Assembly (NCBI RefSeq): GCF_036321535.1
Contig: NC_087437.1
Span: 89,282,001 to 89,346,000, forward strand
DNA length: 64,000 bases
Direction of reading: 5' to 3'
From: Camelus dromedarius
Taxonomy: Eukaryota
A model generated the notes under the pieces. It ran no database searches. It was given only the letters and a program-made list of their open reading frames with translations, and had not been told where the DNA came from. Shown here one piece after another: positions 52,161-64,000 of this stretch (positions are counted from its first letter, which is position 1; the number at the start of each line of letters is the position of its first letter). The translations under genes were made by a program, and so were the position numbers.

Positions 52161-54627
52161 CTTTAATCAGAGCCTCCTGTTGTCAGTTGTATTATAGTCT
52201 ATTCCTTTAACCAAACTCCCTAAAAATTGAGTCACGTGGCAGGAAAAAAATAAAAATCTTAAACCTACAAAGAAAAAAAATTATGTATACCTGGATTTGA
52301 AAAAGTTCACTATTTTTCTGTAGGTTTCATGTGCAAACAATGGGTTTCATTCAATGTCCTGTCCTTTAATTATTTCCATGACTTTTAGCTTCAGTATGTC
52401 TTAGTTATTCACATATTTTGACAAGATTATATTAATACAATGTAAGTGAAAATCAGGTGAAAATGAAGCAACACAGCTTCTAAAAGTCAGAAAATTTAAA
52501 ACAAATTTAGAAATTATAAATTAATAAAAATACATAGACTATACATGAGACTTTGACCTAAACTTAACATTTGAACACCCTGTGAAATACCTTTGGAGAG
52601 TCTTCATTGCAGTCAAGCAGTTTAGTTTTCAGTGTTTGGGGAAAGAGAGAATAAATATATAAATTTAGAGATTTTAATAAGCATTGGCTAATCACTTTCA
52701 AAAATGAATTTGTGGCTAAGATCATGTTTTTTTCACAGTTATAGAAATAATTAATTCAGAATACAGGGTGGGATAAAAGTAGTGATTCCAAGGGAAAATG
52801 TTTTACTTTCCAGAATGTGAATTGGGGCATTTATTGTTCAAAAGTTTCTATCAATCAGGCTATTTACTACAGGGAGTATTAAATAACATGAGATCAAAGT
52901 GACAAAACAGATTTTTGGATAAGCACACTATTTTTAAGAGATATCTTCTGATAAAATGATGTAAATCTAAAGCATCTTGAAAATGAACTACACTATTTCA
53001 AGTAGCTAAGAGCAAAAATGAGATATCTGCCAGAGAGTCAGAAAAAGAGAATGACAGGATCAACAGAAGTTGAGTGCCTGCAAGTTGTGAAACATTTTAC
53101 GACATGATCTAGATGTTATTATTATTTTTTCTGTTTTATGTGAAAGATTGAAACTGATTTTAGCATAGAAACATATTTCTGGCAGGGAGGAAATTTCTTG
53201 ATCATCTCAACTTTGAGAGCCATCAAAATGAGAGATTGTGTATCTGTAGAAGTATCTTCAGAGAGGGAATGAGCCTTTTTTAATCAAAGGCTACATTAGT
53301 TGAGAATGTAGAATAAGAGAGATGGAACAGAGAAAGGAGTCTTGCTGATAATACCTGTTGTGGAGATGCAAAGGATAAAAATCAAACGGAGTTTTAGAAC
53401 TTCCCATTCTAGTCAAGATCCCTTGATCTAGTCTAACTGTTTAATTCAAACTACATGTTTCAAAAGTTCATGGGTATCTCACTGTGGTCAGCTATTAGAT
53501 CCCAAAGAAGTAACCATAGTCAAGTTACTCTGAACAAATGTGGGGCAGCTACTATAAACTCCCCAGATTCCCCAGACCCTAAAAGTATTCAAGAGTACTA
53601 AAATAAAAAGAAAATGAAACTACAGAATTGTCTTCCAGATCTGTTCCTCTGCAGAATGACACCACCACTTTTGATAGCACGACTGCTACTTTTAATAAAA
53701 AATACAGATCACTGGAACAGAACTCGGGTCCCCATTGACTTACAAATATATTTCTGCTGAAACTCTTTGTCTCTAAACTTTGTTAAAAGACTTGGCTTCT
53801 TATCTTGCCACCAAAAATCCACTGAAGCTGCTGCTACATAACTGTCTCCTTCTAGCTCTCCTGCTCTGTTTAGATAAGGGAATGTGAACCCTCTAATGAT
53901 GCTATTCCAGTTTTCTTGATTAGTTTGTCTCAATATTCTGGGTTTGCAGATTCTAAGCCCCCTCCATTAACATTAGCTGAGACAAAACACTTCAACTATG
54001 AGCTTGCTTTCTTCCCAAAAGACCAGCTCTTAATCGTCATCTTCATTGTGTGTATCCTCTCCATAACCCAGTAAACAGCAAGTTGGATCATGGTAATCCT
54101 GGATCTTTAGCATGCTTGGTAGCAGAATAGTGTCCATTTATACTATTAATGATGTCTGTAGTCCCCAGGACTTTCCCAAGCAGCTTTTGCTTACTCTCTC
54201 AACCACTGATGCATTGTTTAAATCAGGGCAAGGAGTTGTGACTTCTTCACCCTTGGTCTTTTGTCCTAAGGGGCAGGGGTGTTTAATTTTTCTCACAGTA
54301 AACTGAAATGACTTGATTTAGGTTGATTGATTACTATCTATCATAAGAATAGAAGAGGATGATGAATATTTTGTACTCATAAGATACATGGCAAGACAGC
54401 AACATAAATTAAAATCAATACTGAACATGAGCACCAAAAGGTAAGGAGAGGTATAAAATACATGCCTATGACAGCTTACAATTTTATCTGTATCTTGTAG
54501 CTTGGCATGTGATATTTTCAGTGAAAGATGAATAAATACTGAGTAAATCTTTGTCATGTAACAACTCACTAAGCTAATTTAAACTGTAACTGGATTGGAC
54601 AGATAAAAAGAAAGTATTTAACAGAAG

Positions 54628-55245
54628 ATACCTAAGTTTGCATTCCTCACAATCACATTCTGAGACTGAGGTTTGGGTACAGTAAGTAGTGTTTGGAAGA
54701 TGGTCCCAGAAATCTTGGGAAGAATGTGGGAGCATAAAACCGGAGGAGAAAAGCCAATAAGGTGTATTGCTGAATTAGTAACCACTGTGGGTAACAAGGG
54801 CTAAGGCGTAGAACACACCTTCAAATTCCCCCAAGGTTGTGAGGGTACTGGGGCATTTATTTACCATTTCCATTAGGTTAAGGTTAGCTTCTAGATCAGT
54901 AGTCAGCAAACCTTTTCAGTAAAGGGCCAAATAGTAAATACCTTGAGCTTTGCAAACCACATGATCTCTGTCACACTACGCACCACTGCCATCGTAACAT
55001 GAAAGCATTTAACAGGAAACATGTTAAAAAATGGCTATGGTTGTATTTATTTCCAAAAACAAGTGGTGAGCTGAATTTGGCCAGTTTGCCAACTGCTGTT
55101 CTAGACTGTCAGTTACCCTGCCCAGCATAGCAGAAGATGATCTTGTAGCTAGAGATGCCCTCGGGCAAAAAGATGAAGGAAGCCATGGGTTTCTATGGAC
55201 ATTTCCACAAGTGACCTCTTGGGAAGGTCAAGGGGTACAAGTGGT
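54628..55245 (-). mobile_element. ERVL LTR (LTR33-like) split by MER58
   Basis: 'ttctgagactgaggtttgggtacagtaagtagtgtttggaagatggtcccagaaa...aagccaataaggtgtattgctga...accactgtgggtaac'. Confidence 0.65.
54897..55098. mobile_element. MER58A-like hAT-Charlie non-autonomous DNA transposon
   Basis: TIRs cagtagtcagcaaac / gtttgccaactgctg; 8-bp TSD ttctagat / ttctagac. Confidence 0.9.
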
Positions 55246-55392
55246 AAAAGATAAGAAAATAATAAAATTTGAGTCAGAAAAAGACATTATTTTTAAAGAA
55301 AAATAGTTACAGAACTACATTGCATTAAATAATCAGAGAAATATACCTAAATATTACGTCAGAAATATCTTAAATTATGTTTCAAAGGTAAA

Positions 55393-55444
55393 AATCATTG
55401 TTATACACCTGAAACTTATAGGCCAATTATATCTCAATTAAAAA
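55393..55444 (+). mobile_element. Very short L1 3' tail
   Basis: 'aatcattgttatacacctgaaact...aattatatctcaattaaaaa' matches the end of the L1 at 57562-57612; ggtaaa on both sides. Confidence 0.65.
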
Positions 55445-56767
55445 TGGTAAATCCTGAATTACAAGGAAAAAATTTTAGCAATTTTTTTATCCCTAATGTT
55501 TCAGTTATTCAGATCCCAGGTTGAATCAGTTATTTTGGATATGTATAATCTAATGAACACTATGTAGGAAAAGGGTGTTTCCAAAAACAAAACAAAGCAA
55601 ACAGCTTTTGCCTGCTTCTGTTCTGTATTTATACCAGGTGTAGTTGGGAACTGCTTTCTGTAGTTAGTTCCTCTTAATGTCCCGCGATGAGATGCATTCT
55701 TCCTTGCAAGTAACAAATCTTCAGTAAATGTTTCAGCTTTTAATTTTTTTTTAAGTCAGAGAAAATTGAAATTAAAGATAGAGAAAATCTTTAAATCCAA
55801 CAGCATTGATTTACCTAGTCTCAAATATAAGTACCTGTGACCATGCTGAAGTTTGATTCAAACTTCAAAAACAAAACAGTGATTCAAGACACAAAATCAT
55901 CACCTTAAAAATAGCTAAATAAATTATGAATGATTTACTATTATAAATTTAGTACTCATTTTACAGATATTTCACAAAATAACACTTAAAAAACGAGGAG
56001 GCACACATATTTTCCAGGTGAACCAAATAATGGAAAGTTCAAGCAACATAATTTGGGAAATGTTTAAGACACATAAAAAAGGTATTTTCATTTTGTGACT
56101 TTTCTAATTTGATTTTCAGTTAGACTGCGCCTGGAGAACTTTGACTTCTAACTGTGTCTTTACTGGATGTAATTTAAAAATAAATGAAAGATCGAAACAA
56201 AAACTGTTAGTAAGGTAATAGTGTTTCTACTATAGTTTTATAAGACTGTAATCGAGGTCACTCATAAGCAGCAAAATTATTGCCTCATAAAGTAGCCCAG
56301 TAGAGCTAGTGTTATCACAGTCGTTGTACTACAAGACTTGATAAAAAATGTGTGCAATAACTATGAACGTAAACATAAATACGTATTGGATTTTTCTTTT
56401 CTGTTACATCAAGGGGTAAAAGTAACATTACAAGTGAAAAGTTTAAAATGTGGGGAGAAAAAAAAAAGGAATCAGACCAACCATAAAGATACAGCCTAAG
56501 AACAACTATTACAATATTGCTGAGAATAGATATCTGAATAAAATATCTGTGCTCATAATATACTTACAAATTAATTGTTCAAAAGTCAATTGTGAGTTGG
56601 ATGAGGGACAGAGATATTAACATAACCAGTACTTTGTGTGAGTCTAGTGGGAAGTAAGAAATTATACCAGGTTTTGAAGACCTGTACCTGTACATCTCTA
56701 TCTTTCACTTCCATTTGCTAGTAGATGGAGAAGACAAGAGACAATGTGAAGGATCTGGTGTGTGCAT

Positions 56768-57615
56768 AACATCACTTATCATCAGGGAAATGTAATTCAA
56801 AACCTCAATGAGATGTCACTTCACACCCACTGGAATGGCTATTTTTTCAAATAACAAGCGTCAGCAAGGGTGTGGATAAAGGAACACTTGTGCACTGTTG
56901 GTGGGAATGTAAATTGTTGCAGTCACTGTGGAAAACAACACGGGGATTTCTCAAAAAATTAAAAATAGAGCTACTGTATAATCCTGCGATTCCACTTTTG
57001 GGTATTTACCTGAAGAAAATGGAAACATTAATTTGAAAATATTTATGCACCCCAATGTTCATTGCAGTATTTAGTTATGATAGCAAGAAATGGAAGCAAC
57101 CTAAATGTCCATCAATAGATAAATGGATAAGAAAACGCAGTATATATATATGAAATAGGACATTATTCAGTCATAAAAAAAGAATGAAAATTTGCCATTT
57201 GCCAAAACATGGATGGACCTAGAGGGTATTTTGCTAAGTGAAATAAATCAAAGACAAAAACCATATGATTTCACTTGTAAGTGGAATCTAGAAACTAAAC
57301 AAATGAACAAATATAACAAAACAGAAACAGACTCATAGACACAGGGAACAAAGTAGTGATTGCTTGAGGGGATAGGAAAGGGGGAAATGGGTGAAGTAGG
57401 TGAAGGGGATTAAGAGGTACGAACTTCCATTTATAAAATAAGTTACTCATGGGATGCGATGTACAGTATAGGGAATATAGTCAATAATATTATAATAACT
57501 TTGGTGACAGATGGTAACTAGACTTACAGTGATGATCACTGTGTAATGTGTAAAAATACTGAATCATTGTTATATACCTGAAACTAATATAATAAATTAT
57601 CCTTCAATAAAATAA
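56768..57615 (+). mobile_element. 5'-truncated L1 (ORF2 end plus 3'UTR)
   Basis: 'catcagggaaatgtaattcaaaacctcaatgagatgtcacttcacacc...tggtgggaatgtaaatt...catggatggacctagaggg...caataaaataa'. Confidence 0.93.
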
Positions 57616-57849
57616 TGAGAAAATATCTTTAAAATATCCACCTTAATATTAGATCAGTTTAGGTCTACTCAGTTGTTCAATATTAAAAGATACAAATCAT
57701 ACCCTTCAAAGCCTAGAAAGCTGTCAAACAGTGGACTGTAGAGATTAACTATCAGCCCCTGTGCTACTTCTCCCAGGGGACCTTTTACGTGAAGCATAGT
57801 GAGGTCCTACCAAACCAAACCTTCTACTGCACTGAAGACAATATGGCAG

Positions 57850-58050
57850 ATGAGAGTCTGTTTCCCTTGGTTCTAATCCTAGCATGGACATTCATCAATG
57901 ATGTAATGTAATTTGGGACAAGTTACATATACCTTCTCTCAGTCCCAATTTATACTTGTAAATTGGGAATAATAATAGTACCTATTGAGCCAAGATTTTG
58001 TGAGAACTAAATGAGACACCATAGGTCAAGCACTTGAGAAGTGTCCATTA
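57850..58050 (+). mobile_element. MIR SINE fragment
   Basis: 'ttggttctaatcctagc...tgggacaagttac...tgtaaattgggaataataatagtaccta'. Confidence 0.7.
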
Positions 58051-59018
58051 CTGTTGTTTTCTAGTGTTAGTATGGGTTTGGGTATAAAAGGGAGATCCTA
58101 TCCTCCAAAATACACCTCAATGTGTAACTTCTTTATGGAAAGACTTCCTTAAACAAGGGTAACTCTTTCTTAATCATTCAGATCATTTTTCTCCCTTCTT
58201 TCTGCCACATGTATGGATGTTTTCCAGATCTGAAAAAGTCAGTAAGAAATTTTACTACACTTCTGCCCTCTAAATTAATTTTTCAGATATTTTTGCTTTC
58301 AATAGGTCATTAAAAGTTCCGTTGGCTCTTTCTGTTTGATTTGAAACCAGCTTGGTTTCTTTGGAGAGATATTTATATACTCAATATTGGATCTGCAAAT
58401 AAAAATAAGTCAGATGGAATTGAATAAATGGTATTAAAATCTTCAGAACTATATAATGTAATAATGTTTTTATTATGATTATAAATGAAGTTAGGATAGA
58501 CAGTTGGGGTAATAGTGGTAAAACATATAGTCCAACAATAAAAAATCTGTATTCAGAAGCCTTAATCCAAATACTCAACCTGATAATTTACCTTCACAGA
58601 TCCTTTCATTTCTGAAAGTTCTGGATCCAGTTACTATATCATATTTTCTAAAAGAAAAAAGTTAACAATGTTGATGATATTAATTTACTTCTAAGAATAG
58701 GATAATATGCTCCATTTAGTTGTTGCAAGTAGGAATTGTAAAAATCTTGTTGCTAATATAGAGGAGGCTGTTAGTAATCATGTTGCACCATAGAGCTGCT
58801 CTTCACACAGGTGACATATCACAGAAAAGTGACCTACCCTAGAAATATGTTTTAAAAACTGACTAGTACCTAATATGTAATAATCTAGTCAACTTTTTAA
58901 CAGCCTAAAATTAGAACAAATTTAATAGTAATGTTAACTTAATGTTTAGTATTTAGACACTGTGAAGAAGGATTATATATTTCTGGGAAAGATAAACTAT
59001 ATTTTGTTAGAAACTAGT

Positions 59019-60030
59019 AAGGCAGTCCTTACCTTGCATGGTTCGAAAATGCACAACTTCTATTTATCAGAGTTTAAACAACACCAGTCCCCCAACAACA
59101 TGGTTCAAATTTGTTACCAAGGTATGATAACTATGAATATTTGCATAAAGTACAAATCTAGTTCTTCAGTTCACAAATCACTAAATAATGGATGGACACC
59201 ATGATCAATGACATCAATGACCAACCACATCACTTCTTTCAAAGTCTGTTGGTGACTGGTCACTGCACATGTGTTAGTTCATGCACAGACAGCAAAGTGT
59301 GTAGCTGTATTGCTTTTCTGTTTCTAAGTGATAAACTGTGACATTTTCCAAAAGAGAACATCAATAGAGGAAATTTAGCCAGCAATTCTGAAAGTGCAGC
59401 AAAGAAACCAGGTGATCATGCTGAATGTGTAAATTAAGTCAAATGTAAACGGAGCTAAGAAAGAAAAAGCTGACAGTGGGAATGTTGAACTGCCTCTATT
59501 CAAGATACTCTAGATTTGCAGCCAGAGGAACTTATGTGAGAGCAAATTTATTAACACAAATGAGAAAAATGGTTGGGACAGAAAAACGAAAACAAAAAAC
59601 CAAGTGGAAGAGATCCCAGAAAAAGTGACACTGACCAAAAAAACCTTCATATTGATGGGTATTTCAACTGTTGGGCCACAAAGGATAAAACATTCAAAGC
59701 TGATTAAACATACAAAGGACTGTGACAATCTGCCAAATTATAGAGAGGTCACACACTCTATATCATAAGCTACACAATAAGAGGGCAAGCAGTATCAAAC
59801 TATTCTTGGTAAGATTTTTTTTTTTTACAAATAAATACTTTATCAGCATATCTAGTGTTTTAAATTACAGTGTAATAAATGTTAATAGCACTATTTTTTC
59901 TTTTTCCTTACATATTTATAACTGACAGTGGGAAAGTTTAACATTTTGACTGATTTTAAAAGATTATAGAATAATCATAAGTTTTCCATTGATTGTTAAA
60001 ATTACTCTGCACTGTTTCATGGGTTTTCAG
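59019..60030 (+). mobile_element. Tc1/mariner Tigger DNA transposon (Tigger13a-like)
   Basis: 'aggcagtccttaccttgcatggttcg...aacaccagtcccccaacaacatggttcaaattt...cacttctttcaaagtctgttggtgactggtcactgc...gaaagtgcagcaaagaaac'. Confidence 0.8.
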
Positions 60031-60094
60031 CTATTTGATTATGATGTGGCTGTCAGTGTGTGTGTGTGTGTACGGGTGCCAGAGACAGATTATC

Positions 60095-61420
60095 TTTTCT
60101 AAATTTTGTTGAGTCTCTTGAAACTAGAAGTTTAAATTTTTCATCAAATTTGGAAAAATTCTATCATAATTTTCCAAATATTTTTATCTGCATGAATATC
60201 TTTGTCTTCTCATTCTAGTACTCGAGTTGCCCGTATCTTAGACTGCTTGTTTCTGTCCCATAAATCACCGAGGGACAATCTGTTCATTTTTTTCATCTTT
60301 CTTTTTGTACTTCAGTTTAAGCAACTCTTTTTGGACTCTTTTTTAAAAACTCACTGAGGTTGTGGGAATTTGGAGATTCTAATACACTGTTATACTATTC
60401 AGTGAGATTTTTGTTTCTTATATTGCTTGTCACATTTCTGGAATTTCCTTTGGTTCTCTCTTGTTGGTGGTTCTAGTAGTAAATTTGAGTAAATCTGAGA
60501 TTTCCTATTTGCTTCTTTGTTTTCTTCATGATATGTCTAATAGCCTAAAATGAATTTTTTTGCTAAGTCCATCATTTTTGTTATTTGTAATCTATTTTTC
60601 TTGGCTTGTCTTTAACCCTGGTAATGGGTCACATTTCCTGCTTCTCTACCTGCATGCTTAGTAAAATAGTCTTATCTAGTGTATGCTGGACATTTTGAAT
60701 GCTATGTTGTTGAGAGTCTAGATTTTTTTCTTTTATACAGTATTTCATTTTGTTCAGGCTGGCAGTTGCTTGAAGGAGGACTCACTTCATCTTTTTGAGC
60801 CCTTTTACTTTAACACAGTGAATCTAGAGTAGTCTCTGTTTGAGAGTTAGATAAGACTTACCCAAATGTATGACCTTTCTAGGTTGTCTGGGTTTTTCAA
60901 TGAAGTTTCTTTATTCTCAAGGATCAGACTCATACTTTCTCCACTGCTGTATGAGACTCAGTGTCTGTTCACCCCACAGAAATCCAGCAGTAATTTTTCC
61001 CCAGTTGTTTTACTTTACCAGGCCTTTCAGAGTCCCACCCTTTGAACATGCAGCTTAGTTTTTGCCAACAAACATCACGAAGACTCTAGAGTTCTTTCTT
61101 TGCATTGCTTCCATCACTGAGGGCCCCTGTCCTCTTTCTTATGACCTCAGTGACTATGAATCCAGAGCCACTGAGCTCAGTGAGACCTCCACGTACTGTT
61201 TGGCCTCCACTTCCTTTACTGCAGTCAAGACAGTGCATTCAGAAGGTATCTGGTATAATTCTGAAACTTAACACTCATTAATCCCATCTCTCAAGGGTCA
61301 CAGTCTTGATGAACTACATCTGAAGTGTCATTTCATACAATCCATACACTCACTTTTACATTGTTTTCAGTAGGAGAGCTAGCCCAGTACAACTTATTCC
61401 ATCATCACCAAAGATAGCGG
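60095..61420 (-). mobile_element. Ancient L1 5' region (ORF1/5'UTR remnant, L1M-type)
   Basis: 'ttcatcaaatttggaaaaattc', 'atgggtcacatttcctgcttc', 'atgctggacattttgaatgctatgttgttgag', terminus-like 'ttattccatcatcaccaaaga'. Confidence 0.65.
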
Positions 61421-63844
61421 CTCTTATTTTGAAACCTATAGTATCCTCATATCCATATGAAACATTTCATCATTCCCCACCCCATTTCTTTGACATACTA
61501 ACTAGCTCTGCCATCATCCATCTTATCTGTTGATCACATTTTTAACTCATCATCTCCTTAGACCAACACTCATTAATAGAATTGAGGTTTTTGTTGTTTT
61601 TCCAAAGAAATGCTTTGCAAACTGATTTGCTTAGAACTGGGTAGTATGTTCACTTTGTTCAGAAGTTAAACTATTGCTGTCTATCTTTTAGAAACATTTT
61701 CTTTATGAAAACTGACTTCTAAAAGACATTGGAAATACACACATACACACAAGGCATGGGCGTGTAAATTTTTGCAGACACTTCACAGTCTACAGAGAAT
61801 AACGTTTTGACTTTTAGACCTTCAGATCTGGGAGATAGTTAAGTTTTTTTCAACCCAAGATTTGATATAAACATAAATATGTAATATATACATACAGATG
61901 CATGCATATTATGTAAATATATGATATCAATATGCATACCACATATACATACATATACACTATTTTCAATTACATATATCATTTGTTTTAAAACACTGAA
62001 AATTGGAAAACATTATATTGAATTCTATTTTGAGAGAAAAAACAATTGAAAGAATAATATAAATGTATTTCCCTTTTTGCTAAAGCTAGATAAAATTAAC
62101 AAGACTGCTCTAAGAACTATGCTTTATCTAAAGTTTGTATGTGGAGCATAGGAGAGCAAATATAGGTGTGGAAATAAGATAATAGTTTGTGACAAACTGA
62201 AGCAGAGAGAAATAGATTAGACAGTCCTGAGTTTGAAAAACAGATACCATCAGTGGTACTTTTCCTAAAAATTAACCTCCTACCAAATGTTGCAATATAA
62301 TATCAAATCTGATTTGCTATATGTTAAAACCTTTTTAAGATATACTATTGGACAGTCTAGCATAGCCAATAGGTCCCCACTGCTTTTGACAGCAGAAACT
62401 TTTTAGAACTAGTGTCAACTCTTTCTTTATGGTATGTCAGAGGCTGATTAGCTATCAGCTACAGACACCTCCTTAATAAGTGCTTGGTAGTGGGGTCGGG
62501 CAGGCAGGTGTGTCACAAGGACAGAGGGTAGTACTGGTGATGCCTTTTACGTCAAACTTAGGGTTATCTAGCCACTGTAAGTAAAAATTAAAAATTATCC
62601 ATAATCAAAGCCAGTCTGCAGTTTTACTGGAAACTACTGGAAATGAGAGTTGTAATATAAACCTGTTAAAATATCACTAGTCTGATAGTTTTTTGTTGCA
62701 CTCTGGTTACGTTTCTATAGGAAGTTGGTAGTCAACATATTATTTTAAGAACTTGTTTTTTAAAAATAGCTTCACAGTAAACTGAAGAGTGAGCAGGGGT
62801 GGGATCTCAGTGAGTTGTTAATGTAGTCAAACAGCAGATAATTTGAAACAGTGACAGAATTATCTTAGTTAAATTTTATAAACTTGCTTTATTTAGTAAT
62901 GCATTTGCTCATTTTTAAATTTACAAATACCCATCTGAAATAAGAGCCCAAAAAATAATTTCTAGAAACATCTTGATCAACCTAATGACAGAGGCACATT
63001 ATAGAAGTTAATAACTTTCTTAAAAATCAAGTTAAACTACAGAGAACATGCTCTGGAGTTATTACAAACATTTACAATAAGCTTTGGAATTTTTAATAAA
63101 ACTAATATTTGTGAATAAAATTAATCATAAATATTCATCATAGTTTTATGTAGGAAAGAAGGTGACAGTTTTTTCAAAATTAAGCAACATTTCCTAACTT
63201 AAAAAGTTTTCAACAACAGACATTATTATAAAGAAAAAAAGTATATGGCTCTTTATAACATGCATACCTATGTGGATTTATGTACATACAGACACTTATA
63301 CCCATACTCCCCATATCTGAACTTTTACACAATGCGGAGTTAGTACTTATAATTATTTTGGCTATGCTGACTCAATGCCGTGGAAGCTGAATATTTCATA
63401 CTTATGAAAATGTCTCATGCAAACTGCACTGTTCTGTGTAATTAATGAGTGTGTAAAAGAAGGGATTGGAAAATGTAAAACATCTCCATAAAGAATGCAG
63501 GGGCAGGTGGTTTATTTGTCCATGAAATAAATCTTTAATTAGTGCTCTGGAATATGGTTTTGCAAAACAATATTTGCTCCATCTTTTCTACTACTAAAAG
63601 AAAACTCAAAATATCTGCCTTTATTCCTCTAAAGTAAATCATTTCCTTACATAATGATAAATGTACACATTAAGAAAATATCAGGTATATTACAGCCAAA
63701 AAATTCTGACACACATACGAAGTTCACCATGACAATGTTTTTGTTATTAAACATGTACTTTAGGCTGCTTTCCCTAAAATTTGAAAAACAGGAGGCCAAG
63801 ATAAAGGTAGAAAATGCAGCCCTACAGTATATGCCACATCACAA

Positions 63845-64000
63845 TTGAGAACAAGACAGGGAGAGAGTGAGGAGAGGAGTTAGATGTGGAGACACAAGTT
63901 ATAGGTTAAGGAATTCAAAGTAGATGCAGTTTCTAGAGAATGAAGTGATTAGGCAATTTTGAAATGGACAGGTGAAGTCCAACTGAAGAAGAGTGTTTCA
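63845..64000 (-). mobile_element. L2 fragment running off the window end
   Basis: 'gatgtggagacacaag...gaattcaaagtagatg...aggcaattttgaaatggacagg'. Confidence 0.45.

Noticed and set aside
59330..59800. Possible Tigger transposase-derived gene
   Set aside because: Non-autonomous decayed element with no intact reading frame.
1..64000. CRISPR arrays, operons, rRNA, CpG island or NUMT
   Set aside because: None seen; the sequence is mammalian nuclear non-coding DNA with no regularly spaced repeats and no extended CpG island.

Overview
AT-rich, CpG-poor mammalian (eutherian) intergenic or deep-intronic DNA. A tRNA-derived SINE matching the camelid Vic-1 family as I recall it (19519-19662, minus), plus cetartiodactyl-type L1 3' ends and ERV1 LTRs, point to a camelid genome. 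No protein-coding gene can be supported. The six-frame ORFs are short and are random, microsatellite-derived or L1 ORF2 remnants. A large part of the window is old interspersed repeat (L1, L2, MIR, MaLR/MLT1, ERVL/LTR16, ERV1 solo LTRs, Tigger, hAT-Charlie), often nested with readable target-site duplications (TSDs). The best structural observations are two inverted-repeat-bounded micro-inversions (21673-21807 in an ERVL provirus remnant; 49339-49368 in an L1), a possible SINE-L1 chimeric insertion, an internally deleted L1 with both ends and a TSD, and a tail-less L1 fragment inside an L2. A repeat-poor island at about 42.4-48.4 kb has locally retained CpGs and exon-like splice signals on both strands that I could not assign to a known gene. 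All repeat family names come from recalled consensus similarity, not from a search. I see no evidence of a novel multi-gene system.
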